64,000 nucleotides of DNA from Ruditapes philippinarum. Taxonomy: Eukaryota. The notes under the pieces were generated by a model that saw nothing but the letters and a program-made list of their open reading frames with translations, was not told the DNA's origin and searched no databases. Below, piece after piece: positions 39,601 to 49,997 of this stretch. Made by a program: the position numbers and the translations under genes. Where the stretch lies: NCBI RefSeq assembly GCF_026571515.1, contig NW_026866079.1, positions 1-64,000 on the forward strand. The letters are read 5' to 3'. Positions within the stretch are counted from its first letter, which is position 1. Each line of letters begins with the position of its first letter.

Positions 39601-41496
39601 CTGGACAGAGCACTCCACTTTTCTCATTGCTGTTTTACAAATATAACTTAGAAAAGAAAGGATATTATCCTGCAAATGTGATTAGCAGACTAACATGTCC
39701 TTGATAGTCTACAATAATTTCAAGTTTAAAGTGAATACATTTTTTTAGTTATAAAATAATTTAAAGATTATCTGCCCTTTTGAAAATTAATGGTGTCCTT
39801 TCATGACAATAAACAAGTACACCAAGTTTGAAGTGAATGATAAGCTATTATATTTTCTGAGAAAATGGACCTAATAGCAAAATGGTTAACCAATGTCCAC
39901 GTCAATGTTGATGCTGACAAGAGGGTCATGATAATAACACTAATAAAGTTTAACCAAAATAAAATATTGTTTGCACTAGATCTTTATTAGCCCCTAACCT
40001 GCTGAACTTCCGGTCCACCTTCTAGAACAATCCATTATCAATTTTGTTGATAGATACTAGACATGACTTGAAGCCATAGAGCTACTGGGTTGTGAAGATA
40101 TTAGTCAAAACCCAATTGGATCTTGACCTTTGACCCTGCACACAAAAAAATCAAATGAGGTAATTTTCTGCCAGAGATAAATGCTTCTACCAAGGTCCAT
40201 TCAAGGTCAGTGTTACCTTGACATTTAAAACTGCAACCCGAAAAGCAAAAGGGGTCATGCAGTGGCCAAAACCAATGTACCTACGCAATTTGACGGCAAA
40301 GGAACATAGAGCCAGGACATTTTTTTTCTTTTTCCATATGATCAAGAGAGAACTGATTTATTCTATGCAGTGATTCTTTTAAGATTTCTGATCCATTAAG
40401 TGTGAAATGTCTGCTGTAATTATACTTGCAGACAACTTTTACCTTTGGCATCATCTCACATACATGGCTGGTTAATCATATTAATATAAAATACATAAAT
40501 ATGAGACATACTCTATAATATAGTAATATCTGATAATCAATAGAACGTCCTACATGATAGCGAAATATGTTTTTGATAACTAACATGTCCTCAGAGTCAA
40601 TTTAACCAGTTTTGTTTTGTATTTTAATTTTAAATAACCCTCGAATTATTTTTAAAAAAAGACAGTATTAAATGAAGATAAACGTAGTACGCACCTCCAA
40701 CCCCTTTCCCCCATCTGCAAGTACTGGTGGCATAAAAGCTTTTAATAATTACATAGCATGACATCAACTTTCATTACAATTAAAACAAGTCATAAATATG
40801 AAATGAACAATATATATACTGTGTCTTCATAGTTCACAGAAGTTCAAGAAAGAAAACAATCAATGAACACTCCCTATAAAAAAATTGCCATAGGCTATAG
40901 CATTTACATTCTTTCTGCCTGCTGTATGACAAAAGGTAACAATAACATATTCAATCAAAATCAGATTTAATGATCAAAACAAGATCATAGGTCGGCAATT
41001 TTGAAAATAACATGTCATCATTTAAATCGCGACATATGGTATTACACCTTATTTTTTCATGTTTCAGTAAAATTACTAACTGTTATATTGTTGAAATTCA
41101 AATTAAAACTAAAACTATCTTTACTTTGAAACTAAAAATCAAGAACATATTAAATGTTTCATATGTATGCATACATTTTAATGGACTACTGTGGCTTTTT
41201 GGAGAAATGAGTAAAATGTTGTTTTGTTTTATGTTAAAGACTACAGATTTCAAATATTTTGCGCGTTTAGGAGTATGACTTAATGACGTAAAATTATTGA
41301 TGTTGAGTATAATTGCTTGAATATTTTTCCAACCAAACTTTTATCCACAAAAAGGTCATACAATGTATTAGATATCAACTACACTTTGCCATTATTTCAA
41401 ATGATCTATAAATGTCAAGTTTTATGTATTCACTAATGGACAACATGACAAACATGCAATACATAGTAATCTATTATAATACATTTTAGGTAAAAT

Positions 41497-43249
41497 ATGG
41501 CTGTCCCAGAAAAGAAAGCATCAAAACAATTTTCATTATCAACAACATTCATTGCATCAGATGAGGTTTCTCAAATTTATTGCCAGCCTTGTGACGAGGA
41601 TGGAACTAGACTCCCTGTCCATGGTTACTGTACTGACTGCAAGGAACACCTTTGCAAGACATGCTTTAAAGCCCATAAGATAACCAAGTTTACCAAAAAG
41701 CATACACTTCTGAATGCAACAAGTATGCCTAAAGTTTTGCAGCAACCCTCAACATCCATTTACACAGGCCTGTCAGATGATTTGACCTTACCGTGTCTTA
41801 AACATCCAAAAGAAATGATCAAGTTCTACTGCAATGATCATACAGAATTTCTCTGTAGTGTTTGTGTAACCCTTGAACATCAAGCTACTTCCTGCAATGT
41901 CAACTATATACCAGACATTTCTGGTGATATAATAGACAGCAAAGAATATCAAGTTATCTTGAATGCAGTCAATACCACTTCTGACAAATTTCAACAGATA
42001 TTAAAAGATGTCAAAAACATGACATTAAAGTCAAACAGCTCTCTCAAAGATGCATTAGTTGACATTAAAAAGTTCCGCCAAGAAATCAACCAAAGACTTG
42101 ATGTACTTGAGAGACAGGCTGAAGATGCAGCTAAAGCCATAGAACAAGAAAACAACAAACATCTGAAAGCAGTAGAAATCACATGTGAAGAAGTTACCAA
42201 ATCTCTGAAGATATCATCAGATAATATCAAACTACTCAACACAACAAAACAAGCTGACAAACTCTTCATTGATTTAAAACTTGCAGAGAAAACAAACAAA
42301 AATATCGGGAAAAATTTCTAAAACTGCCCTCATTTGAAAAAAACAGCACAACTTTTAAAACAAATTTTTTAAAAAATCAAATTTTTTTAAAAACAGAGAA
42401 AACCACTGGGGACAAATTTAACACAAAAAATTTCAAAACCGGATTTTAAAACTGTACAAATGAAGTCTAGACAATTTTCACATGAGGGAGAAATCTGTGT
42501 GAAGACATCAAAAGATAAAATATCATGCCAGATAATAGGAATGACTCTGTTGACTCCTGATCTTCTTATCATCACTGACTGTGACAATAATGCTGTAAAG
42601 ATGGTGGATACCAGCAGTCAATCTGTGTCTGATCAACTACAACAAGATGATGAACCATGGGATATCACTAGATTAACAAGTACTGAACTTGCTGTCACAC
42701 TTCCAGACATACAAACAATACAATTTATATCAATCTCATCAAACAAACTCATAAAGAAGCACACTATGAAGGTTGGTGGGAAGTGTCATGGTATAAGCTG
42801 TTACCAAGGTAAATTTATTGTGTCATTCTTTAACCTGGCAAAAGTTCAGATCTTTGATATGAATGGCACTATACTGACAACAATTGATGTAAAAAAAACA
42901 TCTCAAAGATATATGGTCTATTACATGTAACAGAAGTTCAATCTATGTATCTGACTGGGGCATGAAGACAGTAACAAGATTAAACTGGCAAGGTGATGTG
43001 ATAGGTAGTTATAGTGGTATGAGTATCCCAATGGGAATGTCACTGTCAGATGAAGGTACTGTCTTTTTGTGTGACTGGGAGAGAAATTATATAAAAGAAA
43101 TATCAGGAGATTGTTCTACAGGAAAGGTGGTGATGCAGAACCTGGAAAGACCAAGGGCTGTATGTTGGTGTGGGAAAACAAAGAAACTGTACTATAGCTG
43201 TCTTGCTTTTAATGATGACAACTTCCTTCAAATCTATAAACTGTCATAG
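41497..43249 (+). pseudogene. TRIM-like copy 4, full length but frameshifted (possibly through sequence error)
   Basis: ORFs 41497-42321, 42460-42930 and 42962-43249 are collinear with copy 2; breaks fall in a garbled homopolymer-rich patch (42290-42450) and an A-run near 42891. Confidence 0.75.
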
Positions 43250-43360
43250 ACTTAAACAGATACTTAATATTAAACAATGTGAACAGATCTTAAATTCAGC
43301 ATCAATTCTTTTAAAACTGGTCTTTCAGTGAAAGCATATTGAAATACTAAGCAAGATACT

Positions 43361-43658
43361 TGTATCTCATTTTGGCATGAAGACAGTAACAAGATTAAAT
43401 CGGCAAGGTGATGTGATAGGTAGTTATAGTGGTAAGAGTAAGCCTACGGGAATGTGACTGTCAGATGATGGTACTGTCTTTCTGTGTGACTGGGTGAGAA
43501 ATGATATAGAAGAAATATAAGAAGACTGTTCTACAGGAAAGGTGATGCTGCAGGAACAAAGGCTGTATGTTGGTGTGTAAAAACAAAGAAGTTGTATTAT
43601 AATTTATAGCTGTGAATTTATAGATCAAAATTTTCTTCACCTCTATGAGCTGTCATAG
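43361..43658 (+). pseudogene. TRIM-like copy 5, 3'-terminal remnant
   Basis: Matches the last ~95 codons of the family (MKTVTRLNRQGDVIGSYSG...), with an in-frame TGA and indels. Confidence 0.85.
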
Positions 43659-43709
43659 TCTTCAACGCAAATATTATCAAAACAATTTGAAAAGTTCTTA
43701 AGGTCAACA

Positions 43710-44200
43710 TTTTTTTATTATGCAATCTACAATAGATAAATACAGAATCCCCAAAGAAAGCCCAACACGGCAAAATTGAAAATGTTGCAGGCTCGGTTTG
43801 ATTGAGCCTGTTCATGGACAGTACTGGAAAGTGCAAGTTACCGTCCACGCCCCCTAGCACCGGCTTAAACAGAATTCAACATTTAAACATGAAAATACTG
43901 AATTTTGAATAATATAGAAATATCAGCGGATGTGTTCATACGGCGGTTATCATGGAACCTTCAATGTGACACTTCCGTGCCATTCCATGAAAAGCGGCGT
44001 AAGGGTCCAAGTAATAAAAAGCGTGTGCCCTAAACGATAAAACAATGGGCGGAACTAAATAAAATGGAATTTTGAAAGGGGATCAGAGGATATGAAGCCT
44101 GCGTATCACAGATAAGACGTCAAAAGACAAATTTAAAAAGCAGGCAACATATCCTAAGGGTGATTCAACATTATTCAAGTAGGAATATTGGAACCACCCA
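43710..44200 (-). other. Structured ~490-bp insert sharing a module with the 283-bp repeat
   Basis: Hairpins gggtg/caccc, ggatatg-gcctgc/gcaggc-catatcc and tcatggaa/ttccatga; shared module at 43785-43868; ends taataaaaaaa on the minus strand. Confidence 0.6.
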
Positions 44201-45060
44201 ACTAGAAAATGCCTAACTACAAAACCTGTGCATAAAAAATTTGCAACTTGCACTCTGTCACAATTAAATCTTTCAAAATTTCAAACTATGAAGTTTAAGT
44301 TACAATTAAATAGAAAATATTCTTTTTGACCTATGGTCTGGACAAAAAAGGAGCAAGAAAAATAACAATAACAAAGGGCAATAACTCAAAAAAAGGAAAA
44401 GTGTAGAATTTATAATTCTTTAGTTTTGCATCTTTATTTATGCAATCTATCTACCGGTGAAGTTCCATGTTGAAATATCAAGTTGTTCAAGTTATGCTCC
44501 AGAAAAAAAGGGACGCACACAAGGACTTTAGCATAACAAAACTGCTGTACTCAAAGTTTTAACAAAACATATTTTGTTATAATGCACGCCTTGCATAACA
44601 TAACATTTGTTACCTTATATTCAGATGATTTCAATAAAAGTGAGAAACAGCCTTTTGTTGTGGTGGTGAAAATAAATGAAAAGCTTTCTTTTAAAAGAGT
44701 GTATTATTTCAAGGTAAAACTAACCATAACTCTTTATCATCTATATATGAGAGAGACTAAAAGAGAATTGGAACGCCACACAAAATACCGAATTCCGGTA
44801 ATACCGAATTAAATGCTAAAATATCGACTTTTCACCTAATGGAATGAACTTTAAAATGACTAATTCATCACTTCACACCAATTTATTTACGATAATAAAT
44901 GGAAAATGTAAGAATCAGCAAAAAAGAGATTTTTGTCTATTTTGTGATCATAATTTCTTCAAACGTCTAGAGGTACTGCTCCAACCCTGTATTGAGTTCA
45001 GTAATCTATTTATACACACAGATTACTTTTATCTTTAAAGGTTATACAAAATTGTCAGAC

Positions 45061-45228
45061 TACATGATGGTTTATTAAAATCCCATGTCCCATCACTACG
45101 GCATTGTAATGCTGACTGCCCGTCCATGCTAAACCCAGCACTGCATGTAATATTGGCGAATGTGGATTCACTATTACTCCACAGCTCCATAGAACCTCCT
45201 GTTACTGATCTTAATGTTTCACATAAGA
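45061..45228 (-). CDS. Sushi/CCP-domain exon with a weak donor
   Basis: ttttcag|TC TTA TGT GAA...TCA TGT A|gtctga; 168 bp; LCETLRSVTGG...TCSAGFSMDG...CRSDGTWDFNKPSC; donor GTCTGA is atypical. Confidence 0.8.
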
Positions 45229-46750
45229 CTGAAAATATTGAATATGTAAGATTTTTGCTCCTGCTACTAAATGTAATGTTTCGCATAAAATTTGAAATAA
45301 AGAATAATTTTTGTAATCTTTTTCCTTCTGTTACTTAACTAAATATTTCACATGAGACTGAAAATATAAAAAATGTAATATTTTTGCTTCTGTTACTGAA
45401 TGGTTCACACAAAATTGAAAATATAGAACATGTAATCTTTTTTCCTCTTGTTACTGATTGTAATGTTTAACATAAGACTGAAAATATAGAAAATGTAATA
45501 GTTTTGCTCCTGTTAATGAATGGAATAACTCACATAAATCAGAAAATATAGAATATGTATTTTTTTTTTTAGATTTTTTACTACACCAACATGCAGCCAT
45601 TACGCGGCCTTTTAACGCCTTCCCCCCCCCCTTTTTATTGTCTCAAATGATGAAAAAATGCCTTATTTAGGCCCCCAACACTTGTTTATGTTTGAGAAAT
45701 GTTGTTAAAAAAGTGACCACTTTTTCGGCGCGGCCCCCAACCAAAAGATACATCAGGGGGTTGCCAGAAGGGGGATTCACCAAGAAAATTTTGGACTTAA
45801 GAGAGGCTAAAATGGCCCAAGATTGATCATAAGGTAACGTGTAACCAAAGCTGAAAAGCATTTCACTCTATCTCAATCCATTGAGAAGTTGCAGCACTTT
45901 GAAATCAATTTTGATGAAAAAAATCAACGCAAAATAGTGATTTTTGGCAATTTTGAGATGTTCCCTCGTTGCCATGGTAACAGAAAATGTAAGCCTGAGC
46001 ATGTTGTTGCAAGGGCAATGGTCCAGTCAACATTTGTGCCAAGTTTGATTAGTATATTGAATCACTTTTTATAGTATTATAGCAATTTGAACTTGAATCG
46101 GGAGACTTTTCAATGAAAACAGCCATTTTTCACAAAATGCTCATGAAGTAATGGGTTAAGAATGTTATGTTTCAAATGAGACTGAAAATACAGAAACTGT
46201 AAGATTTTTGCTCCTAGTTACCGAATGTCATGTTTCATATAAGACTGAAAATATAGAATAAGCAAAATATTTTTGCTCTTGATACTGAATGTTATGTTTC
46301 ACACAAGTCTGAAAATAAAAAATATGTAAATATTTTTGCTCCTGTTATTGAATGTTATGTTTCACATAAGACTGAAAATAAAGAATATGTAATATTTTTG
46401 CTCACTGTTAATGAATGTAATGTTTCACATAAAACTGAAAATACAGAATATGTAATATTTTTGCTCCTGTTACTACACTTAATGTTTCACATAAGCCTGA
46501 AAAGATAGAAAATACAATAGTTTGCTTCTGTTACTGAATGTTATGTTTCACATTAAATTGAAATACAGAATATGTAATCTTTTTGCTCCTGTTTCACACA
46601 AGACTGGAAATATAGAATATGTAATATTTTTGCTCCTGTTACTGAATGTTATGTTTCACATAAAATAGAAAATACAAAATATGTAATTACTGAATGTAAT
46701 GTTTCACATAAAATTGAAAATACAAAATATGTAATTTATTTGCTCCTAAA
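45196..46750. repeat. ~62-bp minisatellite derived from the Sushi exon acceptor junction (about 16 units), split by a piggyBac-like insert
   Basis: Unit ctcctgttactgaatgtaatgtttcacataagactgaaaatatagaatatgtaatatttttg; the first unit is the exon start itself. Confidence 0.88.
45610..46155 (-). mobile_element. piggyBac-like non-autonomous element (relative of 32295-32911)
   Basis: Reverse-complement homology; ends aatggg|ttaa; left boundary approximate. Confidence 0.7.
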
Positions 46751-49330
46751 AACATGAAATATTTAAGCTGTTGGATATTGTTAGAGTATTATAACAATTT
46801 TCTAGGACTGACTGATAGAAGATCACTGATTCACCTACATGCAATACAAAACTGCTGGATAAAGAAATCAGAATTATTTTTGTTAAGAAATTAAGAATAT
46901 TTTATGATTTTTTTTTAAACTTTGCAAATGTAAACAATTATTAAATAAATTATTTATGGTATGTAAACATGTGTCATTTTTACAAACCATACAAATTTGT
47001 TTATTTACCACTGTTCTGTAATTAGGTAATAAGATTTCCTCTCAAACTATATTGCATTATTGTCATTTTTACTTAACAACAGGTTCATACATTCTTCAGT
47101 AATTGTCAACGAAATTATTGTGTAAGAATTATAATTTATGTTATGTGTAATGTTTGCCTGAAAGCACTTTTTCTATACTTCATATATATTGTTGTAAATC
47201 AAGTTTCTTTGAAAAATATTATTTTTTACTGTTTCTTATTTATTTTCTAAGGGATCAACTTCAAATATATGTTCATTATCATTAACCACATGTTATATGA
47301 CAATGTTCATAAATCTAGCACCAATATTGCAAGAATTATCTCCTCATGAACTTAGATTTTTTTTTACTTAAAAATATTATTTTTTACTATAACTTCTTTA
47401 GTTTTAAAGGTATTTACCTAAAACTTAAAATACATATTCCTTATCATCAATTACATCATATAAGACAAGGTTCATAAATCTTGAAGCAATATTTTCAGAT
47501 TTATCTCCCTTTGAACTCAGGATTTTTTAAAGAAATATTATTACTTCTTTATTTTTTAAGGTATCTACTTTAAATAAATATTTATCATTATTCACATGTG
47601 TGACAAGGTTCAATGTTCTAGTGAGACTTTTTTCCAGAATTATCCCTTCTTGAACTTGGAATTTGTGTTAAGAAATGTTATTTTTTTACTGTAACTTAAT
47701 ACATATTTATACATAATTAATTTTTATTTCATAGTTTTGTCTTCCTTACTGCGTCCAGTATTTCATTAGTCAAGCTTTGCTGTCTCCTGTGACAGCTCTT
47801 GTTTATATCTTAGTTACAAACTTTGTAATTTTAGTTCATATTAGGTTGAAATAGTGAAATGTTACAATTTTACACATTAAGAGTTATGTTGCAAATTTAG
47901 TAATATTACAATATTTAGATTTATATTCCTTTTACAGATTAAAGATGAACATTAAAATTTACAAAAAAAAATGCTTTAAGTAGTAATTGACTTTTAATCA
48001 TTCTTATGTATTTAGATATGTTTTTGTAAAAATACTTTTCAAATTTAAAAATGTCAAATAAGAGTGTTCTTTATACTCATAGGATTTTCTATTTATAATT
48101 AAATTCAATTAGTAATATTTTTGTTTAAAAAAAATGATCTCCAGTATTTTTTAAACATTTCTGTGTTTTTCATGTACCTGTTGAGTACTTTGTATGTAAT
48201 TCATACCATTCCCCACTTTAAATAATTTGTAAGAATAATAATGAAATAATGAAGAGATATTACTTCATCTTGGTATCAATCTATATTGTTTTTTAGATTT
48301 AGAAATATCTGAAATAAATGAAATGTGTGAGTAAAATTATGAAATCCTTTACAATATAGATAGTTTCAGATACATATACATTACTTGTATGATTTCTTTA
48401 TGAATGATGTTTTGTGTTTTGTATTGTATTTGACACACATTAAATAGACTGAAAAAGAATAAATCTACCACAGATCAAATATTGTCTACTTATTAATACA
48501 GGCACAAGTATCTCAAAATCAAATTTTACACAACTTGGATATTTTGTAAAATTATAATCTGAAATCCTTACATGTAAAAACTTCATGACTTTTCCACGAC
48601 TGTTTTTTAATGTTTTGCCCTATTAGAATTAAAAATAACTAGAAATTGTCACAAGTGCCTAATACCCCCGGCACTCTCTTGTCAGAGAAAATGCATTTTA
48701 GTTAATAATTTGCACATAGGGAGAATGCAGTAGTTGATAGATTTTTTTTTCAAATGTTTTTTAATTATTTGTCCTACATCAATAAGATAAATTGAAATTT
48801 GGATTTGAAGTTTTCATGACTTTTTTTAAGGGCAATGCGTTCTTTCTCCCTGAGATTTCTGCACTTCTACTCAGTAAGATCTATCTACATACATAGTTTC
48901 ATGTTGATACCTTTCATAGTTCTCAAGCTATGTCCAGGACAAAGTTGAAAGTACGAAAAAATGGACAAAGGGCAATAACTCAATAATTAGGATAGGGAGG
49001 GTTCAAATGAGATTCGCGTGTAAAAGGAGTATAATTTCTCGAAATTGAGTTACTTGAAAGTGTTAGAGCACTATTTATCTGACAAGTTGCTTGAATGATT
49101 AAAATCTCGCCTTTTCAAATGCCAAGAAGACAGCTTCATATTTATCTTCTTACATCGATTTATATACGATTATGAATGATTAAGAATGTAAGAATTGCCA
49201 AAAAAGCGATTATTTTTCTACTTGTGATCATGATTTCTGTTAAGCGTCTAGAGGTACTGCTCCAACACTGTAGTGAGTTAAATCCATCTAAATTTCATAC
49301 TTTTATTCAATTAGACAATTAAATTTTATT

Positions 49331-49492
49331 TACAAGAAGGTTTCTGGTCACTCCATCCAGAGCCATCAATACCACAAGACCTCTGAGATACACCATTTAA
49401 TGTATAACCTGTATCACAGCTATATGTTGCCATCATAAAGTCATCTGATCTAAAAAATTCACAATTTGCTGGAGCAGTTGGAATGTTGCAAA
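49331..49492 (-). CDS. Sushi/CCP-domain exon lacking the expected GT donor
   Basis: acacag|TT TGC AAC...CCT TCT TGT A then aataaa rather than gt; CNIPTAPANC...YSCDTGYTLNG...CGIDGSGWSDQKPSC; same 162-bp subtype as 3469-3630. Confidence 0.75.
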
Positions 49493-49997
49493 CTGTGTTA
49501 ATTGAAACAAGAGGGACATGATGGCCCTGATTCACTCACCAGAAACATTTTGTTTTTCAGTGTTAGAAATTATTTTTCAAATGAACTTGCCGAAATGCAA
49601 GTCCAGCTCTACTTTAACTTGCCCCTCAATTTATATACTTTCACAACACTGATTGGTTTTATTCCCTTTATAATAAACAATAGGGCCAAGATGGCCTTAG
49701 ATCACTCATCAGACCCATCATTTCATTGTTCACTATATAAATTGAAATATCTTGTCCGAATATTTCGGAAAGGCTTTATTAAAAATATTTATGATGCAAG
49801 TGTGTTCCTATGATACTATAAATGCAGAATAAATGACCACTACAGCAGGGTTAGTTTTGATGGGACAATTTTATATAAGTTTTGTGAATGAATACCCAAA
49901 ATGTCACATGCAAAATATGTACTGTAAGGTGTAGATAAGTATACAGTTCGGGACAACAAACTTTTCATACATTCTATATGGAAACATAACTGTACCT

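Larger units (their letters stand above)
7890..43700. repeat. Tandem segmental duplications carrying the TRIM-like genes
   Basis: Collinear intergenic blocks: 12760-14955, 20420-25930 (with inserts) and 37380-39590; 25930-27755 with 39590-41262; 7890-8590 with parts of 14050-14955. Confidence 0.9.

Noticed and set aside
9760-42299. Antisense ORFs over the TRIM-like genes (e.g. 10194-10502, 17327-17689, 41991-42299)
   Set aside because: Shadow frames repeated only because the sense genes are duplicated.
43846-43862. CTCF-like site CTAGGGGGCG
   Set aside because: Lacks the conserved upstream CC and lies inside a motif better explained by RNA structure.
49235-49275. RAG-type recombination signal (TACAGTG...ACAGAAATC)
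   Set aside because: The heptamer lacks the invariant CAC, the spacer is 25 nt, and the second copy does not keep the pattern.
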